Assembly: GCF_032062105.1 (NCBI RefSeq)
Contig: NW_026936238.1
Span: forward strand, 1 to 64,000
DNA length: 64,000 nucleotides
Direction: 5' to 3'
DNA from: Saccostrea cucullata
Taxonomy: Eukaryota
The notes below the pieces were generated by a model, which was not told the origin of the DNA, did no database searches, and saw nothing but the letters and a program-made list of their open reading frames with translations. The position numbers and the translations under genes are program-made. Numbering within the stretch: position 1 is the stretch's first letter; each line of letters begins with the position of its first letter. Below are positions 36,843 to 51,363 of the stretch, one piece after another.

Positions 36843-38087
36843 GAATTATAATACAATCCTGGCATACCATGTAATTAATTGTCTTTTTGTTAGAGGCATG
36901 ATACAGTCATACAATGTGTTGGCCTTCTGTTGTATTGTCTAGAAAAATAAATGTGTAGAAAAAAAAAAAATTAAATACAAGTGTGGCACCTAATTAGCAA
37001 ATCATATCATATTCATTTTCCTCAATTAATTAATATAAAGAAGAAGATAGCAGATACATGTAAGACTTCTGTTGAGAATCCTGGTTTCTGCAAATGGACT
37101 CTGGGACAAAAACTCAAAAGAAACAGTCTTTGCCTGGAGAATATACAATATTTTTAAATCCAATGTGACCAAAAATGCTCAAACCTGAATTGCCTCAAAG
37201 CAGTGTTTCCACTGTTCATCCCCATACTTCATCAGGGCTGACTGTGATAATTGATTTCTGGGAAATGGAGACGGATAGTGAGTTATCTCCTCTTGTTGTC
37301 GTGGACAACACTGAAGTATGACCTTGACCTGAATTAGACCCTCCTTCATGCTGACCAAGAGAGATAGTAAGGATTCCTGTAAATGTATTCAATGGTGATA
37401 GGGAGGGAAAAATAATATAGTGGCACCTCAGATTCATAAATTGAAATTATAAAGACATGTACATTGTATGTCAACACTAAAAGATCTTCAGTTTGGTTCC
37501 TTTAACTATAATTATCCATTGAGAAAGAATTGAACATACAGTGTTTCCTTACAATAAAGATATATAATATAAACAGATTGATTTTGTCTACATACCACAC
37601 GCTCCCTTGTTGACTTCTGTGGAGGGGGTGTTCCATTAACTGAACATAAATCTTGTAACACTTCAGACAAGGAGCTTCAATTGATCAAAAAATGTCAATT
37701 AAATGTTTAATACCAGGTATATGTTTATCTAATGTTTAATTTAGTTAATTGTCTAAATATTTTCTTTAAAAGATCTTCATATTTTAAAACTGCATGGATA
37801 AAATCAATTGCAAATCTTTCAAATATACCACAAAAGGGTTGTCATCATGTGACCCTTGACCTACCTTAATGATAAGAAAGCCTTGTGAATCTCCACCACC
37901 CCAGAATACTGATCCACCACTAACTTCATTAAGTGTTCAGTGTATCCTTTACATCGCTCTATATTCCCTACACCGAGTTCCTAAAAATTTTAATAAATCA
38001 CACAGAGCCAATTACAACTTTTAAATCATATAATACCAGTATCGTTCTTTGCTTTTGTGATCTGAATTGCTACTGTTTATTAACACT

Positions 38088-40322
38088 CTGTATTATCTCT
38101 AGGTCATGTGATCTAGGAATTTACTCACCTTGGAAGGAGTCTGTAGAGCTGTATTATCTCTAGGTCATGTGATCTAGGAATTTACTCACCTTGGAAGGAG
38201 TCTGTAAAGCTGTATTATCTCTAGGTCATGTGATCTAGGAATTTACTCACCTTGGATGGAGTCTGTAGAGCTGTATTATCTCTAGGTCATGTGATCTGGT
38301 AATTTACTCACCTTGGAAGGAGTCTGTAGAGTTGTATTATCTCTAGGTCATGTGATCTAGGAATTTACTCACCTTGGAAGGAGTCTGTAAAGCTGTATTA
38401 TCTCTAGGTCATGTGATCTAGGAATTTACTCACCTTGGAAGGAGTCTGTAAAGCTGTATTATCTCTAGGTCATGTGATCTAGGAATTTACTCACCTTGGA
38501 TGGAGTCTGTAAAGCTGTATTATCTCTAGGTCATGTGATCTAGGAATTTACTCACCTTGGAAGGAGTCTGTAGAGCTGTATTATCTCTAGGTCATGTGAT
38601 CTAGGAATTTACTCACCTTGGATGGAGTCTGTAGAGTTGTATTATCTCTAGGTCATGTGATCTAAATAATACTGTTGGATGGAGTCTGTAGAGCTGTATT
38701 ATCTCTAGGTCATGTGATCTAGGAATTTACTCACCTTGGAAGGAGTCTGTAGAGCTGTATTATCTCTAGGTCATGTGATCTAGGAATTTACTCACCTTGG
38801 AAGGAGTCTGTAGATCTGTATTATCTCTAGGTCATGTGATCTAGGAATCTACTCACCTTGGAAGGAGTCTGTAGAGCTGTATTATCTCTAGGTCATGTGA
38901 TCTAGGAATTTACTCACCTTGGAAGGAGTCTGTAGATCTGTATTATCTCTAGGTCATGTGATCTAGGAATTTACTCACCTTGGAAGGAGTCTGTAGAGCT
39001 GTATTATCTCTAGGTCATGTGATCTAGGAATTTACTCACCTTGGAAGGAGACTTAGAACTGTATTATCTTAGGTCATGTGATCTAGGAATTTACTCACCT
39101 TGGAAGGAGTCTGTAGAGCTGTATTATCTCTAGGTCATGTGATCTAGGAATTTACTCACCTTGGATGGAGTCTGTAGAGCTGTATTATCTCTAGGTCATG
39201 TGATCTAGGAATTTACTCACCTTGGAAGGAGTCTGTAGAGCTGTATTATCTCTAGGTCATGTGATCTAGGAATTTACTCACCTTGGATGGAGTCTGTAGA
39301 GCTGTATTATCTCTAGGTCATGTGATCTAGGAATTTACTCACCTTGGAGGGAGTCTGTAGATCTGTATTATCTCTAGGTCATGTGATCTAGGAATTTACT
39401 CACCTTGGATGGAGTCTGTAGAGCTGTATTATCTCTAGGTCATGTGATCTAGGAATTTACTCACCTTGGAAGGAGTCTGTAGATCTGTATTATTCTAGGT
39501 CATGTGATCTAAAATTTCTCACCTTGGATGGTTCTATTAGAGCTGTATTATCTCTAGGTCATGTGATCCTGGAATTTACTCACCTTGGAAGGAGTCTGTA
39601 GAGCTGTATTATCTCTAGGTCATGTGATCTAGGAATTTACTCACCTTGGAAGGAGTCTGTAGAGCTGTATTATCTCTAGGTCATGTGATCTAGGAATTTA
39701 CTCACCTTGGAAGGAGTCTGTAGAGCTGTATTATCTCTAGGTCATGTGATCTAGGAATTTACTCACCTTGGAAGGAATCTGTAGAGCTGTATTATCTCTA
39801 GGTCATGTGATCTAGGAATTTACTCACCTTGGAAGGAGTCTGTAGAGCTTTTTTATCTCTAGGTCATGTGATCTTGGAATTTACTCACCTTGGAAGGTGT
39901 CTGTAGAGCTGTATTATCTCTAGGTCATGTGATCTAGGAAAAAACTCACCTTGGATGGAATCTGTAAGCTGTATTATCTCTAGGTCATTGATCTAAATTA
40001 CTACCTTGGATGGAGTCTGTAAGCTGTATTATCTCTAGGTCATGTGATCTAGGAATTTACTCACCTTGGAAGGAGTCTGTAGATCTGTATTATCTCTAGG
40101 TCATGTGATCTAGGAATTTACTCACCTTGGAAGCAGACTGTAGAGCTGTATTATCTCTAGGTCATGTGATCTAGGAATTTACTCACCTTGGAAGGAGTCT
40201 GTAGATCTGTATTATCTCTACATGTGATCTAGGAATTTACTCACCTTGGAAGGAGACTGTAGAGCTGTATTATCTCTAGGTCATGTGATCTAGGAACTCA
40301 CCTTGGAAGGAGTCTGTAGAGC
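38088..40322 (-). repeat. 61-bp minisatellite spanning the donor of exon 40302-40404
   Basis: Minus-strand unit GCTCTACAGACTCCTTCCAAG|GTGAGTAAATTCCTAGATCACATGACCTAGAGATAATACA; about 36 copies. Confidence 0.95.
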
Positions 40323-40703
40323 GGTGGCTAACTTGGCTCTTCTGGCAACACATTTATAGTAGTAGTCTTGGCAACACTGACCTATTTCTGTAGCGCTGTT
40401 CTTACTAAAGGAAAAATTAAACTTTTACACAAAGCATAAAAACAAAAAAAATGTTTATGAAGATTCAATTCTTTATTTAGATAAAATGGGGATAAAAACA
40501 GCCCCACCTTGTGGTGAGTTGATCTGAGCACACAGAGACATCTAGTGGTGGGACAAGTAAAGGGAGATTACTCTCAGCGTCACAGAGAAGTCCTCTCCTG
40601 TAGGAAAGACCTGTACAACAGATGTTTATAGTAAATATATTTTAGCAATAAAAACCGTTTTTGTTAATTCATGCATTTCCAAATCTTTACACATGTACAT
40701 GTA

Positions 40704-40761
40704 TTACATAGTTGTGCTAATTCATTACCTAGTTGTGCTATTATTTACCTAGCTGTGCTAT
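40704..40761 (-). repeat. Short ~21-bp three-copy repeat spanning the donor of exon 40749-40845
   Basis: ttacatagttgtgcta / ttacctagttgtgcta / ttacctagctgtgcta. Confidence 0.75.
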
Positions 40762-43700
40762 TTCTTTAAACAGATCACTGAGAGCTTTTCTTTTCTTCTG
40801 TCCAATGTGTTTAGCTTCCGATTTCTGTTTTTCTTTGTCAGCTGTCTGTAAGCATCCATTGGGATGTTCATGATTATATTTCATAAATACAAACATATGT
40901 GTACCTCAGTACATAATATTGCAAGGAAGAGATAATTCCAATAAAACTCACCTGTGAAACTTCCAGCTGTTGAAGTTCATGAATGGATTCAATGATTTCT
41001 CCTAAAAGTAAAGGATATAAATTAGGATATCATTAATCTTGTAACTTAAATGTTTCAACAAGCAGGCATACATATAAGTATAAGTACATGGCTATTTCTG
41101 TTTCATATTAACAAAACTCTGCATGATAAACTTTAATTCAACCCTTGAAATAAAGCTAAAATTCTTAACTACTGAATACAAATTTGCTTTTTGAGCATTT
41201 TGAAATTTATGCTTTAGTTCACTTGATCATCTGCATTTTTCTGAGACTTAGTAGTTGTAGTATGTAAGCAAGTGTTTACCTGTGAACTCATCTAGTCTGA
41301 CAATTAGTTGGTCGTACTTGAGTCTCTTTGTCAGCGATTTCCAGTGTTTACACATTCTGACCGATAACTGACCAAGTCGCCTGTGTAGACCTCCACGATC
41401 AAGGGCAGGTAACTCTGACTGTTGTGTCTGCAACAAACATACATGTTGGTAAAAAATATACAATATTGGTCAAGATAGGCAAATGTTACACTAACCTTAA
41501 TTAGCTGTTATAACAACAAATGCATATGCATGAAGTTCTACAAACTCTTTTTCATTTGCCAAATATTTACAAAAATTAATTTACACCTGTCTTACCTGTA
41601 GACTGATTGTGTGTGATATCAGAGACTGTACAGCTGAGCCGTATGTTTCTCTCCAGGTTAGAGTTCTCTCCCTTTGACCAGTAGAATCTACACTGCTATC
41701 AGGGTCGGCCAATATACCCTGAACTGGTTGTTCTAAAACAGCCTTCCATAAAAAAAATAAGGAACAATGAGTTAGCATGACAGTTATGTAAAAAATAAGA
41801 AAAATCAACAAAGAATGGGTGAGCATAATGTTTTGTAATCTGTCTACTAATTTAAAAATACAATCCAAAAAATGTTTCTAAACCTACCTGGAAAGCCTTC
41901 ATCTGTTTGTGTAATGTTCGGTGTGTTTTCTCTGTTGTCTGTTTTAGGGCCCAGAAGTTCATATCTGTCCAGCGGGCAATTTTTACAAACCCCTTAATTC
42001 AAATGAAAGAAATAAATCAAAATGACATGTATTTGCTACATATATTCATAAAGACAGATAAAATCCTAATTACGTGACAATACCTTGAGTTCTTTTTCTA
42101 TTGGTTGTCTTAGTTGCTGTATTTTCTCTCTGACCAATGGTAAGAACTGACTGTAAAACTGATGCAGGTTCCACAGTAAGTTCATCATGCCTAGAAATAA
42201 AACATCAAAAAGTGATAAATAACAAATCAATCAAATATGCCAGTAATAAACTGCAGCTATTGTGTATGTAACAGACAAAAAATCAGAAAATAACAATTAT
42301 TCACTGTTGTGAGTGAAATGATTCATTGACAAGTAATTCTTCTCATCTGAATCTTATTGGATTATAACACATTTACAATAATCAAGACAAAATAAATCCT
42401 ACCTTGTGATTGTGTCCCCCCTTCTTTGGCCTCAGTACAGAGGTACATGCTTTGAAAATGGAACGACTTCAACATCACTAGTCGGGCCTCAAATTCGCCT
42501 AGATTGGACCTCTCTATGAACTCTTTCAGGGTCTGCATTACCTCTTACAATTCTCTCTCTTCTGTCTCTGAACCTTCTGACGTCTCCTCCTACAGAACAA
42601 TAAGTTTTAACATTATGATGATTAAGATAAGGAACAAGAAGGTTATGAACTTCTGAATAGTTTAACTAAACTGTCACAGAGGGAAAGTTTTCTTACCTGT
42701 TGATATGTAGCCTGGATAAGTTGATAAATGTGGAACCACCATTTGTTAGCTTTCTTGGACAGCTTTACAAAGACATTGTCCAGGCACTGCTTCCAACAGC
42801 TGGAAAATGTCAGAATACGCTGCTATATCATAATTTATATTTGAAAGGGTTCAAATTTTGTGGTTTGGGGGAAATTATTTTGAAATCGAGCCTTTTATTT
42901 TCAAATTGTAAGGTTAATTACATATTATGATTGCAAACTTAAGCTCTAGATATAAAGAACCAGATGTTTGTCTACCTGAGCTCTAGTTTTCTCCAGTCCA
43001 AAATCTTAGAGGAAACTTCTGACAACTGGGTTGCCATAGAAACATGCTTTGCTGCATTGCTTTCCCATTCCTATAAAACATATACCTCAAAATCATTCAT
43101 AATTTAACCTCAGATATGTCCACTCAAAATCTGTTTTATCAATGATTAGGTTTACGACATTTTGATGATTTTATTAATCCACTTGTGAGTGACTTACCTG
43201 AGTTTTCTCCAGGAGAAGTTCTAAACCGGTGAGGAACTTGACAACAGGTGACGTCACAGGAAACGATAGGATTCTGTCTATAATCTGTGTCACCTGTATA
43301 ACAGAGGGATAGAGTCAAAAGAGTATAACAGAGGGATAGTGTCAAAAGAGTATAACAGAGGGATAGTGTCTAAGAGTACAAGAAAACATTGATGTAACCG
43401 TCAATTGTCGCCCAGGAAATATATAGAGTAAACAATGAAAATGAGTCAACAAACTGCTTTGAAATGTGTAAAAAGGCATGTGATGGAGACAATAGTTGCA
43501 AATATTTTTTTTGAAAAACTTGGAGTCGGATAAAAATCAATCAAAAGGAAACCATTTTCAACTTGATCAATTCCTCAAGTACTTGAAATGTTGGCTGCAT
43601 AAAATATAAATTAAAGATAGACACACGCATCATTTATAATCAAAATTGTAATAATTTTCAATTTTAGAATATAAAACACAAACTGTGCAGAGTACGTTTT

Positions 43701-44694
43701 TACCCGACAAGGAAAATTCGATGTTCTAAAAAAAGGGACCTGTTGTTGTTTTGATAGTAAATGATAAGTAACTATACAATGTATGTCAATATGTCATATT
43801 AAATATGAAAAAACATAGATATTTTTACAGATTCACTTACATGCAGGTATATATATTATGTATCTCGTAATTTATAAAACGGAAAGAAATTCTGATTAAG
43901 GGAGTATGGAACTGACGATTTTGAATCCACCGCGCAACTCCAAGTGACGTAAATGAATTTTACGTTTGTATATGTCGTTCAAATCTTTCCATGATTTTTT
44001 ATTAAATTCTACCATGCAAGTTATTTTATAGATATTCTTGATTTAAAATATTATTAATTGTGGCTTAAATATCATTAAAATCGAACCAAAAACAACGCAG
44101 TGTAATTTTACGACTTCTCTTGCGTATTGTCGTTTTCGGCAATGTAAGCAAATCGGATGTTTCGGAAAGCATGAAATGCGGAGAAATCTCGAGTTTTCGT
44201 CTATCAAATCTATTTAGCCGTACAACAAGGCTTCTTTGACTGAAAGAAGGCGATGGTGAGCTGTGTCATACTGAAATTCTTCTGCCAACAATCACTCGAA
44301 TGAAGGAATCACGATCGCATCACCATGATCACCCCACCCCACCATGCCCACAACTCTCGTCTGATCTGCCCAGGTTTGTCTCTAAATTAAACTCATTATT
44401 TTTCTTCCGTAATCATGACATTGCCAATTCTTTCTTATATAAATATTCAAAGAGGGTTAAAGGGCACTATAGCTATTAATCCGAGATTCCTCTGACTCTA
44501 ACATGTCTAAACCCTGCTTTGAACAATGTTAGAGTCAGAGGAATCTCGGATTATATAACTATTATATAACTATAACTACGCGATAAATACAATACCACAG
44601 TGATTGTGTATACGTGTATCACTATCAGTTGATCTTCACCTACTTCAGTTATACTCTAATCATGTCTATAGATATAACATTTGAGACACTGTTA

Positions 44695-45123
44695 TACAGG
44701 TTGGGACCAATCGCCCAAATGGGATATAATAGTCCGTTTGGGATATAATATCCCATATGGGCTATAAATTTACAGTGCAAAAATTGAAAATTTTTATTTT
44801 GGCAATAAATATCATAAATCCGCATTTAAACACATAAAAAGGAATAACTTTTGGTAAGCAAGTTTTTCTGCAACCCTATAGTTTGTAAGATTGATCCCCA
44901 AGAAGTTAAGGAACTTCCGAGGGATCAATCTCCAAAACAATGGACATACAGGAAAACTTGTCAACCAAAAGTTATTCCTTTTTAAGTGTCCTGATGCGGA
45001 TTTATGATATTTATAGCCAAAATAAATATTTTCAATTTTTGCACTGTAAATTTATAGCCCATATGGGATATTATATCCCTAACGGACTATCATATCCCAT
45101 TTGGGTGATTGGTCCCAACCTGT
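44695..45123. mobile_element. Foldback MITE
   Basis: Near-complete inverted repeat caggttgggaccaatcgcccaaatggg ... cccatttgggtgattggtcccaacctg. Confidence 0.8.
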
Positions 45124-47244
45124 TATACATGTAACCCAAACAAGTATCCTGTGTACATCTTGCAAAGTGTTTATATAATTTTTCCCCTCAACATACAGTT
45201 CAACATTTCACTAATCTACACTACAACAAAAGTAATGCACATATACTTCACACCTAAAATTCTTCTGCATAAAACAGGGATATTCATGAATTATTGCATC
45301 ATGCAATTTTTGTGCCCAAGTTGCTAAAATATGAAGCCTGCATTTTTATGTACATATACAGTAGTTGTATCTGTCATGTATAATAGCAGAAATAATTACA
45401 TATTTACCATAGGGACTTGAGCCAGTCTTAGCAAAATTGGGTGTACACTAACATAATAGGAGAAGTAAGACTGTCTCAAGTCAATGTGATATTTAATATT
45501 ATATGGACTTTTGTGAGGACCACTAACTTTTACACTCGACGGCTTACTTTTAAACTAGGACTTATCCGACAATGTACGCAATCTGTTTTGAAATGAAAAT
45601 ATTTAGGTCAACATTTATTATTGAACAAAAATCACCGGCAGAAATTATAGCACATATATAGAATCGGACAACCACTCTACCCTCAAATACTGCCATTCAC
45701 ATGTTAGTGCCCCAAACATTATCTATAACCACTAGAAATGCATTTCAAAAAAATTCATGTACATGTATTCTAAGAATAAACATGAAAAATCAATTAATGC
45801 TCCTCAGATGTATACAAATATGAATATTTTTTGAACAGGTATTCCTGTTTTTGTGGACACATGATGTCAAGATAAAAGAGAATATAGAACATTTTATATC
45901 TGCTAAATGGAGACTTGAGAAGAGGTACATTATGGAACTACATGTATAGGGATGGAGCTGCAGCCCTCTCATGTGGTGTCCTAACATATGGATCATCCGC
46001 TATCATTAAGGTACAATGACAATGTTACACCTGTATGTTTATATTATTTATACTTCTCAATTTAAGTGAAAAAATAATTTCTGCTTTCCCAACCAACTCC
46101 AGTTTATAGCCAACCCTTTTAAAAAATCCTTTTAATATCATCAAAAATATGAATATTTATTTTTTCATAATACATGTATTACCATGCATATCAATTTCCA
46201 AAATTAGAAAACACTATTTTGACATTGGTTTCTTATTTCTTGCAGTGAGCCAGAACATCATATCAGCAATGAGGGGGTAGACCATTTGAACCAATATTTT
46301 GTTCCATAAAAACAGGCAGACAAAACTACAGGTTTGAAAATAAATGGAATGAAAATCACTGGACATAATATCAATCCCTATCCTTGTACTACTGAAACTG
46401 TGGCATTGTCCACCAACTCCATGTGGAACTTTGGATGAAAGATTTGAATGAAAAACTATTTGTGCATTATTCCAAAGGAATTATGGATTCTATTTCAGAA
46501 TTAAGACTTTTTCAGTTGAAGTTTGATATGAAAAGAGACATTTATCCTCTGTCTATTTGAATGTCAATGGCATCAATTACGTCTTTGAATGTTGAAGTTT
46601 TCCACATACTTTATGTGCAAAATACATTATATAATTTAAATACATGTATTTAAAAAAAAAATAATAATGATTTTATAAAAGGAGAAAAAGACATTTAAAA
46701 TAAATAGTTTGAAAAAACTCGTCAAATCATTTTTAAATATTTTTTTCAGTAAAGAATTGTTGAATTCACACTTTTCAAAAGTTATGTCCTTTGACCGCTA
46801 TCTTTGAGGAAAACCCCAAAGAATCTTCACAGTACCCTTTATAGTTTCTGGTTTGTAACTTTGTCATCTGAATGGAAAAAATTATGTGCATCTTGGATAA
46901 TGATTGCCCTAAGATGGGCCAACTCATATATCAAAAGAAAAAATAAAAACACAGTTGATTTATCTGAGACTGAGCATGCCCAAAATATTTTGTAGCATAA
47001 AGAGGAGAAATGTCATTTCTTTCCCCATTTGACTTTTTGGTTGACCCAGAAAAGGGACATAACTATTGTAAAGTTTGGATTGGATTATAGTCCTTATATC
47101 TCTATTTAGAAAAATTGTCAAAAAATTCATTTAGATATAAGCTCCTCAAAACATACATGTATTGATGGTCATTTCCCAACATTTACTGCTTTGGATTCAT
47201 TTATAGTGACATGATAATGAAACAGCTGCAACTTGCAAACATAG

Positions 47245-49006
47245 GTAATCAGAGATTACAGAGCTCACCTCAACGTGTGTTGTCTTTAAGTAAGGCAAAT
47301 TAATTAAGTCACACAATTAACCAACAAAAGTGTACATCCAAAAATGCAAAATTTTTGCACGTTTGATACTTTGGAATAAACTTATATAAAAATTTAAAAC
47401 TAGTTCTTCACCATGAAAATGTAATTAAAATCCAGCATCTGAAGCAAGATTGAGAATTTTCATCCCTTGATGCATCATTTGTGCAACTGGTTTAGTTTCT
47501 TGGTGATAGACTTGCACCCATAACTTTTACGAGGTCTATTATCTGGAAAATGTATGTCGAATTCAGCATCTGAAGCAAGTCCATTAGTGTGCATCCTAAG
47601 ATGAATCATTCATGCAAGTTTGGTCAACATAGGGCTTAAAGTTACTTGCAAATGAAACCTGTATAAAAAAATTAACCTTTCCACTAATCCAGAAAATGTA
47701 GGTCAGATTCAGTATCCGAAGCCAGCCTAGTAGATTGCAACCTTAGATGTACCATCCATGCAAGTTTGGTCATTATAGGGCTCAAAGTTACTTGGAAATG
47801 AATCCTGCACTATAAACCTTAACATGTTTACTCGTCCATAAAATGTAGGTCAGATTCAGCATCCGAAGCAAGGCTGGTAGTATTCATCCTAAGATGTACC
47901 ATCCATGCAAGTTTGGTCATTATAGGGCTCAAAGTATCTTCGATATGAAACCTTCACCAAAAACTTTAACCTGTTCACTCAACCGAAAAATGTAGGTCGG
48001 ATTCAGCATCCGAAACAAGGCTGGTAGTATGCATCCTAAGATGTATCATCAATACAAGTTTGGTCATTATAGGGCTCATAGTAACTTGGAAATGAAAGCT
48101 GCACCAAAAACTTTAACCTGTTCACTCAACCGGAAAATGTAGGTCAGATTCAGCATCCGAGGCAAGTCTAGTAGAATACATCCTAAGATGTACCATCCAT
48201 GCAAGTTTGGTCATTATAGGGCTCAAAGTATCTTCGATATGAAACCTTTACCAAAAACTTTAACCTGTTCACTCAATCGGAAAATGTAGGTCAGATTCAG
48301 CATCCGAAGCAAGGCTGGTAGTGTGCATCCTAAGCCGAATCATCCATGTAAGTTTGGTCAACATAGGGCTTATAGTTACTCGGAAATGAGACCTACACCA
48401 AAAACTTCACCAAAAATGTTAACCTGGACCAAAAACATTAACCTGTTCACTCAACCGGAAAATGTAGGTCAGATTCAGCATCCGAAGCAAGTCTAGTAGA
48501 ATACATCCTAAGATGTACCATCCATTCAAGTTTGGTCATTATAGGGCTCAAAGTATCTTCGATAAGAAACCTTTACCAAAAACTTTAACCTGTTCACTCA
48601 ACCGGAAAATGTAGGTCAGATTCAGCATCCGAAGCAAGGCTGGTAGTATTCATCCTCAGCTGAATCATCCATGTAAGTTTGGTCAACATAGAGCTTATAG
48701 TTACTCGGAAATGAGACCTACACCAAAAACTGCACCAAAAATGTTAACCTGGACCAAAAACATTAACCTGGTCATTCCTTTGCTGAAATTGCAGCATCTG
48801 AAACTTTGACTGGTACAATGAAACACAATAGCAACATCTTCCATGCATGTCTAATCAATATAGGACATAGAAGTACTTAAAAAGAAAACTGCTCCAAAAA
48901 ACTTAACCTTAACCCGGGAAGCCGACGCCGACGCCGACACCGACGCCGACGCCGACGCCGAGGGTATCACATAAGCTCCCCCCAACTTCGTTGAGGTGAG
49001 CTAAAA
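47245..49006 (+). mobile_element. Helentron-associated (HINE/Pearl-like) element with internal satellite
   Basis: ~150-bp tandem units at 47400-48780, (GACGCC)n tract, 3' hairpin agctcccccaacttcgttgaggtgagct followed by an A-run; subterminal motif agagctcacc at the 5' end. Confidence 0.7.
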
Positions 49007-51363
49007 AACATCATGTCACAATATAAAAAAAAACAATTAAGGCAAGATTTGCTAGCAATACATGTAGGTCAAATTGTAGATATAATTTATTTAAAACAAA
49101 ATACTAATATTCTATCATTTGTTTAGCATAACAATTATTGACTGTTTTCGAGTGACATTGATTATGCTAGCCTCCGTGGAATGAAAATATTGTCCTTTGC
49201 TCCACGTTGGACAATATTTCAACCCTTGGAGGCTAAAATAAAGTTGCCCTCAACAGTCAACATCATTCTGTATTTGTTTTAGTTCGTAATTATTTTAGTG
49301 ACACTCTATCAAAGGACTTGTTTTGGTAATTTATTTTTCCAGCTTTATAAGGATGATAATATAAATATTTTTTAAAAATATTATTGTTTTTACTCTTCAC
49401 CATATTATACACGTAGTAAAATACATTGTAGTGTATTGTGGTGGTGTGTCACTTTTTCCCCAGCTTCAACAGAGTGTCCATGATGTGCGGTGGTTTCATA
49501 TTCATAATATCAGTTATAGACCCTTTTCCTTTGACATTATTTGCCTACGAGTTATTCTCCTTAGCCGCCATCTTGTAGGGCAAAGTAGTTAATTTACCTC
49601 TTTGAGCAACCAATTTTAAACATGCATGTAAGAAATATATATTGGGGAAAATATGTACAATTTTAAAATTATGAATAAATAGAGGCTTTAACAAATATAG
49701 TTTCATAAGAAAAATAGTGTTATCTTTACCTCAGTAACCAGTATAACAAATTGAACTTGGTTGAATAATGAAGGGATCTGGGAATGTTGCCCTAACTGGC
49801 CTAAGATATGTCAGTTTTAAAAGGGGAATAACTCCTACGCAAAATATGTCATAGGAAAGGGGTCTATTGACTCATAAATCATCTTTATATGGTACTGGAC
49901 ATAAAAATCTTCAAAACAAAACGCAGATTTATTATTAATCATAGTTGTACGTGGAGATACAACCTTTAATCTTATTATAAATAAAGAGTATTCAGAGCAT
50001 GAGGCAGTGCCAATGTACACTACATGCATGCCGTGATTTCTGTCCTCGCCCGATCCCTTTATTTCATCAATTTCACTCAGGCGTTAGAAACAATAGAACT
50101 TATAATTCTTTTTTGTTTTTTTAAATAATAATTATTCACGGACAATTGAAGATACCTCCTGTAATCAGCTAATTTGATTTAGCATCGTCAATTTTGCAAT
50201 CGGCAATCCTCGGCTGACTCCGCTTTGCTCCGTTATGTGCGAGGTACGAGTCATCCGAGGAAATCCGAGTGTCAATTTTGAGTTTGAGTTGCAGACTGGA
50301 AATAACTTGTACACTGTAATGTGCAAAACTAAATCGTGAAATCGGAAGATATCCGGATTGCTCAACAAAGCTCTGACGAAAAGCGCATTATCCACCGTGT
50401 TACGAAAGAAATATAGCAACGAGGAAATTTTTTAGTGTTAATAGATTAAGTTAAGTGAATAAAAAACTAAAAGCAAGCATTTTAAAAATGCAAGCTTATT
50501 TTTTATCACATTTCATAACAATTTCGAGCAGAGGAAATTCGGGTCTAGGAAATTCGAAGGATATTACTCTAAAACTGTACACTAACTTTATAATTTTTTA
50601 TTAGCAATTTGTAAAAAATATTAATCCCTATAAATATTGCATAAGCAATTAAACTTTTAATTATTCCTTAATTGCTTAAAATTACATTGTACATATATAT
50701 TAACCCATTTCCCCAATAAATTGATATTATGTAAATAAGTCAAAATAATTTGTCATTTTATATTTTTTCCTTGTACTTTTTTCTTTTAGAAATAAAATTC
50801 CATTCCTGGTGATAACAATATTTTATAAAATAATTATTTTCTGATGTTTTTATGGGAATTCTGAATTTTTAAAAATTGCTTATAAAAATATCATTTTTTC
50901 CCTACAGAGTTACCCCCCTTACTTTGGCGTGTTCTATTTTTAGATTTACGCACTAGAACCTTTTCTGATGTATTTTATCAAATTATAGAAAAGTTCTCCT
51001 TTCAATCCGTGTATGTGTTTCAGAGTTTTAATTACTCTGAAATTAGGACCCGAAAGTCCCATACTCCCTTAACTATCTTTTCAATGTTTAGAAAACCATT
51101 AATTCTGAATAACTACTCCCATCCCAATGCCCATACACCAACACTTAAACTTATATGTATAGAGCAGCCCGGTCCTCCGGGCTGCAATAACAGAGGGACA
51201 GTGTCAAAACTGTATAACACAACAATCTGTGTCACCTGTATAACAGAGGGACAGTGTCAAAAGAGAATGATGGAATGTGCGTTTGCCAAAACAAGTATCA
51301 AAGTGATGAAATTGTGCATTTCCTTCTGAAGTTTAAACATGATAAACACTGATGATGTTAAAT

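Larger units (their letters stand above)
43900..51068. mobile_element. 7.2-kb non-autonomous Kolobok-like DNA transposon with nested insertions
   Basis: TTAA|GGGAGTATGG ... CCATACTCCC|TTAA termini; no transposase ORF. Confidence 0.65.

Noticed and set aside
37056-37133. Candidate extra MDN1 exon (AG at 37134-37135)
   Set aside because: It would need a ~51-nt intron and breaks the phase; exon 36868-36938 joins the neighbours correctly.
38088-40322. CRISPR-like appearance of this and the other regular arrays
   Set aside because: The units are head-to-tail with no unique spacers, there are no cas genes, and the context is eukaryotic.
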